A stretch of DNA of 64,000 nucleotides from Gekko japonicus (taxonomy: Eukaryota): NCBI RefSeq assembly GCF_001447785.1, contig NW_015166417.1, forward strand, positions 1,920,167 to 1,984,166, read 5' to 3'. This document shows, piece by piece, positions 38,813 to 50,566 of this stretch (position 1 is its first letter; each line of letters begins with the position of its first letter). The position numbers and the translations under genes were made by a program. The notes beneath the pieces were generated by a model. That model made no database searches and had not been told where the DNA came from. It saw nothing but the letters and a program-made list of their open reading frames with translations.

Positions 38813-39635
38813 CCGGTTACTTTAAAAAATACTGCATATTTTAAAAGGTTACCATCCTTTTAAAGGGGTTGTTATCATACTTGAAATGGTTGCTATCACC
38901 TCCACCCCTAAACTATGATTTCTCTATAGTTTCAAATGTCTCTCATTCTTAATTATGATCCTGAGTTTGAAAAGTTAAGAAGGTTGTTGCAGCATTGACC
39001 TTTTTAGTTCTATAATGTGTTTTTAGCAATAACAATTGTACCTACCACAAATAATCTCTACAATTGCTAAACTTCAGCTGAGAAGCATCAGTTGGATTGT
39101 TATGTTCTTCTCTTTTTACAGATTTAAACAACAACAGCAAAACCCTCCCTAACCAAACATGTACCATATTGACATGGGCCCTGGCCACAACAGCTGCTAA
39201 GGGTAAATTACCAAAAAAAAAGAAGAAGAAGAGCAATAAATCAGCCAGTTTCCCCCTAAACGTTGTCTGCACTAACAAAGTTGTTTACTGTAGTGTCAGT
39301 TTTCCAGAAAATCAGTATTTCCATTTCTTATACATTTGCAAAACATCAGGGATTATCAACATTATTATTTACATCTGTGGATTTTCTGGAAGCAACCTCT
39401 GGTGTTTTCTGCTAATCAAAATCACTTGGTTCTACTGAACCCTTGTCAAGAATTCTTATATTTGTGGACACTTATTCCCACAAGTCCTGCCAAGACAGGA
39501 ATCCCTAGAAGATCTGAAGCTAATGTATAGGTCCTGTTAATATTTAAATCCCCACATGATAGATTGGTGTAGCACAGTGATTAAGAGACTGAGCAGAGAG
39601 TGTGGTGTAGTGGTTAGAGTGTTGGATGAATAGGA

Positions 39636-39926
39636 CAGGCTTCCCAAGTACTTTCCGTGATTCAGTGGGGGACACAGACGTCCTCGCAGGATCATTCCTG
39701 CGGGGACAACAGACGCGCCGCACCATGCCGTCGCCAGGAAGTGACACCGGGCGACGCTCTGGCAATGGGGCTGGAAACTCGATGGTACCATCGAGTTTTC
39801 AGTCCCATTGCCAGAGCGTCGCCCAGCGTCACTTCCTGGCGATTGCATGGTGTGTTACAGGGAGGAATGGTCCAGCGGGGGAGCATGTTTCCCCCGCCAG
39901 ATCACGGTAAGTACTTGGGAACCCTG
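39636..39926 (-). mobile_element. hAT MITE copy 2, inserted in a tRNA-SINE head
   Basis: TIRs; perfect TSD GAATAGGA at 39628-39635 and 39927-39934. Confidence 0.88.
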
Positions 39927-39985
39927 GAATAGGACCTGGGAGACCCAGTTTCAAATTCCCGCTCTGCCATAAAGCATGCTGGGGT

Positions 39986-41400
39986 ACTGAAGTGAGCGAC
40001 TTAGCATGCCTGGACATAGGGGGGCACTACATCTCTCTAAGTGTGTATAGGTGCTATCTCCTTGAATGGGATGCCTCACTTTGTCTTAACCTGGGAGCTG
40101 CCCTCTGACCCTTTCTCTTTTTGGCCTCTCACTCTCTCTGCATGGCCTTCCATGGTGTCCAAGACCTAAGCCTGGGTCACTACTTCTTGTCCCTTGAGCA
40201 ATACCCAGCCCTGTGGGTCCTCAAGGTTAAATGCACACAAATAAAGCAGACCTTTTCAAAATATATATATATAAAGGTTTATTCAAAGATTTTAAAAAGA
40301 TATCACTATGCAGTACAGTCTCTATAGCTTAGCAACAGAGAAAATAAAAAAGCTAACTGTTCTAAGACATTAGATACTTGATATTAGATGCCATATCTTC
40401 TTGCAGCACAAGATTCCAAGCTGGAGCATAAAAGCATTCTATACATTGCAGGCCATCATAATGAAGCATAACATATCAAAGCACACTAGCATAGCATGAG
40501 CATAAAGTTAGCATACTTTCCCCCTGGTCTATACCCTTATTATAGTTTTTTGCCCTCTGGCATCAGGTGGTCCTTCGGATCCAATCAGAAATCTCTCTTG
40601 ATGGAACTTTCCAGAGGGCTTTAAGTCTGCTCCTAATTCCCCCCTCCTGTTTGATTATACAGCTGAGCACAGGTTCTCATGATTAACTAATTACTAACAG
40701 TGGTAGCTGCAGGGAGGCTCAAATCATGAACACCTTCAAGCCAGACTAGGTCCTGTAATAATCATGTTAACCCTTGAGGGAAGTTAGAGTGCTTTGCCTC
40801 ACACATGGCGACACATGTCTCGCCTGTCGAAACAGCGCCCTCGTACTCCCACACGCATGACGCTGGACAAGCTGGCCACTTGTGATAAGGAAAGTACTCT
40901 TTGGATTAGGCTTCTTTCTCTTTTTTTTGACTGCAGCCTGTAAAATTTGTTTTCAGTATATAGCTCCAATCCTGTCACCTTTACCAGGAAGACCTGAACA
41001 ACTTTATGTCTCTCTCCTTCTTGCAGGTTCCTCCCAGGAGATAAAGTAGCTAAATTTCACCTTCTCATGCATGTGATATGCAAGCGACTGACTGAGTCTT
41101 AATAACTGTCGGAGGAAGGCACCATCTCCATCCCCCCACAATCAGTGCTTACGGTCTTGAGACTGTCGCACTGCATGTACCCCCTATTTTTATCTTTATT
41201 TTTACTGATCCTGTATCAAAATAAATTTGAACTGAACTGAACTGATATCACTTGGAACCTGAATGTGAACTGGACCTACTTGAATAAATGTAAGTTTATC
41301 TCTTTTTTGTAATATTCTTCTTGGGGGGTTTATTTACTGCACTCAGTATCACACTTCTATGACTCAGCAAACTCTGCTACATTAACCAAATATCCCAATA
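39986..41400. mobile_element. LTR-like insertion(s) splitting a tRNA SINE
   Basis: The host SINE breaks at GCTGGGGT and resumes at GGGTGACC (41401). Internal AATAAA occurs on both strands; no ORF. Confidence 0.45.
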
Positions 41401-43247
41401 GGGTGACCTAGATTGGTCACTTCAACCTAACCTATTTCACGGGGTCATTGTGAGAATAAAGTGGAGACTACATTGTATACCGCCCTCAGAGAAAAGACAG
41501 ACTAAAAAATGTGATCAATAGAAGTCCCCCATTTTAATCTTACCCCTTTCAGAAGCTTACTTAAGTAGCCACAGTCAAGCCTCGACAATACTGTGTCATG
41601 GATCAGTATGGTCACAGCAGCTGACTCCAAGGTGAGAATTTCTGTGCCAAATGCTGATAATAAAATGCACTCTGGGCTGCCACCACTAATCTGATTTTCT
41701 ATCAGGATGGTAGGATCCGTCCCCCCCCCGCCCGGGCTGAATCGGACACTTTATACCAGCAAATGTCAGAAGAGTTGTACCCTCCAGGACCTCACCATTT
41801 CTGACCAGTGTCATCTCCATCTTCTTTGGATTCTGCTTCCGTTTGTTTGCCCTCGGTCACTTGACCACAGCTGCTAACCTCTCTCTCTTTGAACTCCTTC
41901 TCCCCCACCCCTGCAATTTCCCCTCTAAATGTATGCAAAATGACTTCAAATATGCATCTGAAGAAATGTGCTCTAACTTACAAAAGCTCACGCAGAAATA
42001 AAAGTTTTTAAGGTTGACACGGGACTTCTGTTTTGTTTTGCCCATCATTGACCTGGGACCAGGCCCAGCTACCTCATAAGGGACAGAAGGAGACAGTGCA
42101 CATCTGTAAGCAATTGTGAATATTTTATGTTCTCCATTAATGTTGCCAACAGCAGCCGGGGAGAGCAGACAGCGGTGGACTGTTCCGTTCATGTGCAGCA
42201 CACATCCAGCCATTTGCGGACTGTAGAAAGGTTGTTTGCTGTCATGGATCAGTGCCCTTGCATCAGCTAAGTAGCAACATTTTATTTTTATAGATAAAGT
42301 CTACTACTCATCCCCTTTTTTTGGATTAACTGGAGCAACAACAACTCAGCAGTAAATAAGATGCCCCTAGCTATCCTTTTTCCCGTCCATTGTACAAAAT
42401 GACAAAAGATAAACAAGGAATTAATACTGACTTGCCACTGACCCATAAAAACGAAAGACAGTGTTTGATGTCTGTTCTGGATCTGTTCTACAGTAAATCT
42501 TATGCATTTCTTGAGGCCTTGGAATCCAGCTCTGGTATCATATATCTACTTGTTTCTGTTTTAATTTACATCAAAATATGACTCTCCTAATCAGCTGGTT
42601 TTGAACATGGCTCACAATGGGATTTTAACACAGAAAAATGTAAGGAGCTGCATGGAAGCAAGTTTGTAGTCACAGAAAGTAATCTTTCTCCCATTTCTGT
42701 AGCATAATAGTAAAGATTGATTTGTTATTCTTCCTTCTAATGCCTCATAGGTGTGTACTACTGACATAGCAGCATGTATACAGAATTTACCAGCAACCCA
42801 TTTTCTGAATCATCATCACCCACTAGTCCAGGAAAGGCATGTACTGAGGTCAGGTTTCTGGTGAATTTCACTTGCCTGCCACATTTCTCACACACACATT
42901 ATATATTTCGCATGCATTCCTACCGAAAATGAATGTATAGATGAAATTATTTGAGCAAGACAATACAAAACAGGAATGGAAAGCACAGAAAGGTTAGCAC
43001 AAGGGTCATAATAAAAGTAAAATCTGTTTTAGTGAAACTTTATATTCTGTGACATTATTATTATATAGTTTGCACTTGCTTTCTTGTGATGAGGGCATAT
43101 GACAGGAACTCAAAAGTGCTGAGATGTATATGGTTGCAATCCTAGGAACATTTTCCTGGGAATAAAAAATGGAATTTGCTTTTGAGCAGACCTGCACAGG
43201 ATTGCTCCCTATATTCATTCCTCTTTCTCCAAATTCCCATGACCTAT

Positions 43248-44585
43248 AGTACGGTTGCCAGCCTAAGCCTCCAGGTAGGACCTGGGGATCCCCCAGAACT
43301 ACAACTCATCTCCATACTACAGGGATCAGTTCCACTGGAGAAAATGGATGCTTTGGAGGGGGGTATTTTGGGGCAGGAACGCACAGGAACGGAGTTCCAG
43401 CTGGCTTCAGAGTTGGCCATGTCCACTACAGCCAAAGCCTCTGTGTGCGTGGTGGCTACAGAGGGAAGGCCTGGAAAGTGACCCGGGACCCCCCCTTGCG
43501 ACTCCGAGGCAGTTGGACCATGGGGGGCCCTGGAAGGATCGGGGAGGCAGCTGCGGCGTGCCCGGGCAAGCCAAGGGAAGGCAGTTTAAACTGCTTTCCC
43601 TTCCCTCAAAGGGCCGGCTTGCCCTTGAAGGGGGGGGTTGTCCAGGCGCCCTGCAGCTGCGGGGCTCCTGGGCAAGCTAAGGGAAGGCATGGGGGTGTGG
43701 CCTAATATGCTAATGAGTTTCTGCTGTTGGGTGTGGCCTATTATTCTAGTGAGTTCCTGCTGGGCTTTTTCTACAAAAAAAGCCCTGGGGGTCTCTATGG
43801 CATTGTACCCACACAGGTCCCTGTCCTCTCCAGGCTCCAGCCCCAAATCTCCAGGAATTAGGGTTGCCAGGTCCCCTCGCCGCACCAGTGGGGGGATCTG
43901 GGGGGCATTCTGGGATGTTGCCAAGGTGATGACATCGCCCAGAAGTGACGTCATCACATCGGCAATGTTGCGTGGTGATGCTCTGGTTTAAGAAGAGAAG
44001 AAGAAGAGATTGGATTTATACCCCGCCCCTTCACTTGGAGTCTCAGAGCGGCTTACAAACTCCTTTCGCTTCCCCTCCCCACAACAGACACCCTGTGAGG
44101 TGGGTGGGGCTGAGACAACTCTGACACAAACTGCTCTTTCAGGAACAGCCGTGCCAGAGCTTATGACTGACTGACCCAAGGTCACATCAACAGGTGCAAG
44201 TGGAGGAGTGGGGAATCAAACCCGGTTCTCCCAGATTAGAGTCCGCACACTTAACCACTACACCAAACTGGCTCTCATAGCAAAATGCTATGGTTTTAGA
44301 CCAAATTTACCGTGGAGGTTTGCCCTCAAACCAGAGCATTGCGTGCAATGTCCCCAATATGATAACATCACTTCTGGGTGATGTCATTTCGTCAGGGATG
44401 TTGCACCTAGATGTGGCTGTTTGGGAGCGGGGTTTCCTCTGCCAGCCAGCAGAAGCCCTGAAAAGTGGGGCAATCCCCGTTGGGACCTGGGAACTGGCAA
44501 CCCTACCAGATATTTCCCAGCCTGGATCTGGCAACCCTACCCCCCCATCCCCTGCAGGTGGTCAGGGGGGACCTGGCAACCCTAA
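43248..44585. mobile_element. Cluster of nested hAT MITEs with a Squam3 SINE (43990-44276, -)
   Basis: Several (T)AGGGTTGCCA / TGGCAACCCTA termini; a KLF/POU-type MITE at about 43360-43787; a SINE with A and B boxes. Confidence 0.72.
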
Positions 44586-44619
44586 GCTATAGCTAAGTAA
44601 AGTTGGATGGATAACAATT

Positions 44620-45585
44620 TTTTATTTACATTACTTATAGTCAACCTTTCTCACTGAGACTCAAGGAAGATTACACAGGGTAAATCAATACAAGTAACAG
44701 GATGGGACATTCAATAAGCAATGTAAGAGGATTAGGACTGCAGAAATCTGAAACAGAGCTGAAACAAAGCATAAGTATTAACATGACACATGAAACAATG
44801 CAGAAATTACATAGTAGAATAATACATACAGTGACAGGTAGTACATACTAGAGGCAGTGGTATAGTCCACAGTCCCTTTCCTTTCTTGAAAGTATCTTTT
44901 TGAAGCATTCTGTTATAGTATAGTCCTATTACCTGTGTAAAAATGTCCACCTAAATAATCTGGTTTTGCATAGTTGTGGAATGTCAGGACAGTGGGAGCC
45001 TTCCAGACCTCATTGGGCAAGCCACTCCTAAGATGGGGCCACAACACAGAATGCACATGTATGGGCAGTTGTCAATCTTGCTTCTTTTTAGGGTGGTACC
45101 TGCAGAAGAGCCTGCTCATATGAGTGAAGCTGCCATGGTGGAGCATAGGGGGAGAAGCGTTCCTGCCGATATGAGGGTCCAAGGCCGTGAATATGTGATA
45201 GCCAATCCCTTGGCTATGTAATGGCTACTATCTTGAATTGAACCTGATAACTGATGGACAGACTATAGAGGGACTACAGAATGGGAGTAATATGTACGCT
45301 CTGGCTAGCTCCTGATAATACCAAACTGAAGCGCTCTGCACCAACTGGAGTCCCCAAGGTGCAATCATGGAGAGATTTATGTCAAATGCATTACAGTAGT
45401 TCAGTCTCAATGTTACTTTGACATGGATCCAGCTGGACAGATCAGTTTAGGAAAAGGGCCATCTTCTGGGCTAAACTGAATGGGGAGAAAGTTATTTTTG
45501 CAGCTACTGCAACTTGCTTCTCCAGCATGGCCTTTGTCTTCATTCAGACTAGATTTAACTAAATGAAAACAACCCGGGCCATCTC
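44620..45585 (-). mobile_element. Old L2-type LINE fragment
   Basis: RLNYCNA..LQLVQSA motif on the - strand; L2 tail near 44620. Confidence 0.65.
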
Positions 45586-45667
45586 TGTCCCATAGCTCAG
45601 CCTGAAGCCAGACTGAAAAGGGTCCAGAACAGATGACTTATCCAAGAAGACCTACAGTTGGTCCGCT

Positions 45668-45898
45668 TTGTTGTTCAGTCGCACAGTCGAGTCCGACTCT
45701 TCGCGACCCCATGGACCAGCTCCCGCCAGACCTTCCGGTCTTCCGCCGTCCTCTGAAGTTGGCTCAATTTCATGTTCGTTGCATCTATGACACCTTCTAA
45801 CCATCTCATCCTTTGCCGTCCCCATCTTCTTTGACCTTCAATCTTTCCCAGCATCAGGGTCTTCTCCAGTGAGTGCTCCCTTCTCATTTGGTGGCCAA
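45668..45898 (-). mobile_element. Bov-B LINE, 5'-truncated
   Basis: MRREHSLEKTLMLGKIEGQRR..QRMRWLEGV..VHGVAKSRTRL; 12-bp TSD AGTTGGTCCGCT at 45656-45667 and 45899-45910. Confidence 0.93.
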
Positions 45899-46209
45899 AG
45901 TTGGTCCGCTACTGGACTCTCAATCACTTTTCCCTGAAAGGACAGCGGGTGATAATTGTGGCGATAACTGGCCACATCATTTTTCTGTAGAGATAGTTTT
46001 TTTAAGTAAGGGACACATAGCCACCTTTTTGAGTGGCCAAGGGAAAGTGCCCTGAATTAATTACTGATTTAGGATAGATACCAAAGGCTCATTGGTGTGG
46101 TCCTTACTTGGTTTTAGCAGCCAGACCTCCCCTCAAAGGCTCAATGCAACAGATTAAGTCCAAAAAATATTAATATCAGGTCAAATACAGTAGAATCACT
46201 AATAAGATA

Positions 46210-46400
46210 AATAGGACTCTTGCAGCCCCTTAACCTATAACAAAAAATGTATTCCAGCAAAGCTTTCATGGACAAGAGCATAATTCTTAGCATCTGAAGG
46301 AAAGGTCTCTAGTCCACAAAAGCTAATGCTGGAAATAAAATGTAATTGGTACCAAAAGACTCTTGTTTATTTGAACTGCTACACAGTTACCCTTCTGGAA
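46210..46400. mobile_element. Penelope-like terminal-repeat fragment, inverted dimer
   Basis: Quasi-palindrome centred near 46290, with a degenerate CTGAAG...AAAAGCT hammerhead core followed by AATAAA. Confidence 0.6.
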
Positions 46401-46798
46401 TTGCTAATAAAATATAATCCACAATTTTTAATTAAAATAAGTCAACAACTTGTCAACAAGATTTTAAAATTCTCATGATGCCATCAGTATGAAAGACCAA
46501 ACAATCAACAAGGAGGAAAAGGTAAAAATCACCTGAAGTAGCCTGGTGTCAAAAATACCCAGATGAAGGCACCAATTGAAGAGAAAGCTGGAAAACACTT
46601 CCCTTTCTGCTTGTGATTGAGATTATAAATGTTGTTGCGAAATTTTAATTTCATGTTCTATATCTGAAAAAGTGATGTCTGACTCACAACAGTTCACAGT
46701 GAAGTAAATGTGGTTAGTCTTAAAGGTGCCACTTGATTTCTAATTTAGTTTGCTGCAACAGATTTGTTTTACTTCTCTACAAGAGATAACACAGTTAC

Positions 46799-47530
46799 TA
46801 GGGTTGCCAGGTCCTACCTGGGTGCCAGCGGGGGGATCCAGGCTTGCGCACACACTGTGATGATGTCACCCAGTAGTGGAAGTGATGTCATCGTGCTGGG
46901 GAGGTCGGGGGTGATACTCTAGTTTTTGGGCAAGACTCTATGGTTTTTTGCCTTCAGAACCATAGGTAAAAAGGTAAAGGTTCCCTTGCTCGAAAGCCAG
47001 TCGAGTCCGACTCTAGGGTTGCGGTGCTCATCTCCGTTTCAAAGCCGAAAAGCCAGCGCTGCCCGAAGACGTTTCCGCGGTCATGTGGCCGGCATGACTA
47101 AACACCAAGGCGCACGGAACTCTGTTACCTTCCCACCGAAGTGGTACCTATTTATCTACTTGCAATTTCTTGCTTTCGAACTGCTAGGTTGGCAGGAGCT
47201 GGAACTAGAGATGGGAGCTCACTCCGTCATGCGGCAACTCGGGTCTTGAACTGCTGAACTACCGACCTTCCACAGCCTGCAGTTCAGCGTCTTAACCACT
47301 TGAGCCACCGCAGCTCCCACAGAACCATAGAGTTTGCCCAAAAAACTAGAGTGTTACCCCCTGATGTCCCTGACACAATGATGTAACTTCCAGGTGATGT
47401 CATTGCATCTGGGACATCACCCAGTGACGTCCCTGTTTGGGGGTGGGGCTTCCCCCACCAGCCAGCTGGCCGGCAGCAGATCACAGCCCCCAAAAGTGGG
47501 GGACCCACTCACTGGGAACTGGCAACCCTA
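46799..47530. mobile_element. hAT Blackjack-like MITE split by a Sauria SINE
   Basis: TAGGGTTGCCAG...CTGGCAACCCTA termini. Confidence 0.78.
46966..47319 (-). mobile_element. Sauria SINE, full length
   Basis: 11-bp TSD CAGAACCATAG at 46955-46965 and 47320-47330. Confidence 0.9.
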
Positions 47531-49106
47531 ACAGCTACCCTTCTGAAACTACTAGTGTTATAAAAGTATTTTTCAAGACTATGTTTTTAATCAACTGGGT
47601 TACATATACAGGACTGACTGAATGGTCATTTAGGCATGAGGCTTTCTCTAGATCTTGGGTGAGCTCATGTCCAAACCCTAATCCCCATAAGTATTCTGCA
47701 AGAGAGATGAAACTGCAGAATCAGTGCAGATGGATGAGATCCCATGGTAGAAAGATCTACAACACCATTTCTTCCAAAAACGTATCTTTCATTCCTTAGT
47801 ACTATTGGTTCTCTTTCCACATTTCCAGTTGTGTGTTAAGGAACCAAACCAGGAAGGTGGGAAGTTTCTGTGTGAGCATGCCCCCAAGAAGCAGCTGTAT
47901 ATAATGAAAGAAACTATTGTTCTAAACCGTATGCGATTCTCTCTGATTATACCATAAAAGACTAGAAGGCAGCTGCTTATACTGTACCAAAGTTGGTAAC
48001 AATTTGCCATCAACTGCAATGAGTTCAGGCCATCACAGTCTCTTACACTGCACACAATAAGGTAGTGTTGCACAGGAATTCCATTAAAATAGTCCAAACA
48101 AATTAAAATAACTAAAAAATAGAGGAGCTGCTAACAATACAATCCTAAAAAGAGTACATCTTTCTAGGTCCATTGAAGACAAGGGTATTAGACGCATGTT
48201 TCTCTGCTCAGAGCTGCAATGTAAATTGTGTAACCAGAAACCATAGTAGAAACCAGTAAAAATAAATGTCTAGAAACAAAGATGGAGGAGGGGGAAATAC
48301 TTTCTGAACTCTCAAGCTGCCTTTTGCTGCTGTCATTCCTAGCTCAAGCTCTGGCTGGTGATAACTTGAACAGATCTCTCCAAAAACTTCTGAATCTTTG
48401 CAAGGGAAATTTGAGAATCTGAAAGCAGACACAACTCCCATTAAAGAAATCTTGGAAAGCCTTTTGGCTCAGACAAATTATCTGAATAAATCAGTGGAAG
48501 AAGCAGAGGGTGGGGGGATCCTAAGTGGAAGAACAGCTGCGGATTCAGATCCTCCCAGGAGGAAGCTACCGAAGACAGCTAAGTCTTCTTTTTTAATGTT
48601 GCCATCAAAAGTATTACAGTACTGTGGAGACAGGCAGAATTATTTCAGAATCAAATTATAGCTAAAAATATCCAGATCCCAGGCTTTCCTGTGGGGCTCG
48701 TGAACCTAAATCTGACTGATGTTTCCTACGCTGATGGTACCCCAGATCTGTACAGTACTCCTGTCCTCATTTATTTTAGACACCATTGACTGTTCTTTCA
48801 ATATTGAAAGGAAGCTATTTTCCTGATCAGTCTGCTGGATTCGAAATCCTCATTGTGAAAACTCTCAGGTTTCAGAAGCAATACAGTAAAATCCCAAATG
48901 CAGGACAGTCCAGGCACCAGCTTGATCACACAGCTAAGAGATAAATGAGTTTATTCTTTTAAGAAAGTTGTTCTAGCTATATTAATCCAAACTCAGTTGA
49001 ACACATGTATAAAAGAGAGCCAGCGGGGGTGTCATGGTTAGCATGTCAGATTAGGATCTGGGAGACCAGGATTCAAACCCCCACTCTGTCATGAAAGTTT
49101 GCTGGG

Positions 49107-50009
49107 TAGGGTTGCCAACCTCCAGATGGCACTTGCAGGGAGCGGTGGCGCAGGCGGTAAAACGCCTGCTGTAATAACAATGAACAGCCACTATGGCTGT
49201 TCGAGACCCACCGTGGCCGGGGTGAGCTCCCGGCCCTGGTCCCAGCTCCCGCCCACCCAGCGGTTCGAAAGCAGTAACAACAGTGAGTAGATAAATGGGT
49301 ACCTGCCCTAGGTGGCAGGGGGCACCCTCCTCTGTTGCGAGGTGTGGTGGGAGCATCGGCGGCAGCAGAGCGATGAGGCAGCAGCGGCGAGATCGGCAGG
49401 GCGAGCCCTGGTGGCCAGCAAAGTGCAACATCGAGCGGTGGAACGGATGACGGCAGAGGCGGAGGCAGAAGGCGCGGTGACGTGGAGGCGCAGGCGTGGT
49501 GGAGCCGAAATGGACATTAGCCGGAGCCGCGCTGACACGAACCGCGCACCAGATGGGCCCGCCGAAGAAAGCCACCAAAGAAATGGAAGACCTATCCATG
49601 GACACCAGGACGAAAGCACCGACCCCGAAGACCACCGGAAGAAGTAGGAGCCGAGCCAGAGAACAGCAAGCCCCACCACCTGGGTGCTGGTAGGCAGCCC
49701 CTGCCCCTGTACCATGTGGCCCTAGATAGAGAAAGTAGATTTAGACTTTGTATGTAAACCGCCCAGAGACCCTTCGGGGTCAGGGCGGTATATAAGCTGA
49801 ACGTATAAATATAAGCTGAACGTATAAAATCTCCTGCTATTACACTTGATCTCTAGATGATCAAGATCAGTTCCCCTGGAGAAAATGGGTGTTTTGGAAC
49901 GTGGATGCTATGGCCATATACCCTGCTGAGGTCCCTCCCCAAATCCCGCTCTCCTCAGGCTCCACGCCCAAAATCTCCCGGAATTTCCAACCCAGAACTG
50001 GCAGCCTTA
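49107..50009. mobile_element. hAT MITE inside a tRNA SINE (49015-50031), itself split by the chimeric SINE
   Basis: TAGGGTTGCCA...TGGCAGCCTTA; TSD TTGCTGGG/TTGCTGAG. Confidence 0.78.
49139..49828 (+). mobile_element. Chimeric SINE-like retroposon: Sauria-like head, GC-rich body, L2-type tail
   Basis: The first ~180 nt align with the Sauria SINE 5' half. The 3' end is TGTAAACCGCCCAGAG...GGGCGGTATATAA with a duplicated 19-mer. Confidence 0.75.
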
Positions 50010-50109
50010 TTGCTGAGTTACCTGGGGCCAGGAGATAAAAACAGGGCCAAGGCTGATGGTGTAAAATCAGGGAAAAAATATACTTTATTACTCAATTAAA
50101 TTTCCAAAA

Positions 50110-50149
50110 ATTCCCTATGCATTTCGCCAACAGGCTTCGTCAGGGGAAT
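50110..50149 (-). ncRNA. Minimal type-I hammerhead ribozyme motif (Penelope type)
   Basis: The - strand reads AUUCCC CUGACGA A GCC UGUU GGC GAAA UGCA UA GGGAAU; AATAAA follows 20 nt downstream. Confidence 0.75.
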
Positions 50150-50566
50150 CCGTAATACATAATAACAACACTGGGTTTACATAAGTATAGTTAATATTAT
50201 ATAAATAAGATATTGTATTAACAGTTAACATCCTAAAATATCAGTCACATGCAAAACTGCTAGAGCTTATTTTGTCCTTGAGACTGCATGAGGAAGAGAA
50301 ACTCCTTGTAAAGAACAGAGATAAGATAAGGCTGTCCAGCACCCAACAGGCTTTGGCTCTAAATTAAAGAAATCCTTTTACTGTGCCTAAATTAATGTTA
50401 CTGACCTGTTCGTCTTGCAATAGTTCTTCAAAAAGAGTAAAAGATCAGTAAGTAATTGTCACGGGAAGAACTTATTTCCTGTTTGCATCTGTTAAAACAT
50501 CTTTGTATGCTAATTTGCTGTTCAAGTTCTGGCTTATACGTATGGACTGGTAAATTCCATTTCATT

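Noticed and set aside
49229-49303. HDV-ribozyme resemblance (UGGUCCCAGC...AAUGGGUAC)
   Set aside because: There is no convincing P1/P1.1 and no catalytic C in the J4/2-equivalent linker. Covariation supports a different pairing.
49051-49715. Overlapping ORFs of 111-194 aa in the GC-rich element
   Set aside because: High GC depletes stop codons; no recognisable domain.
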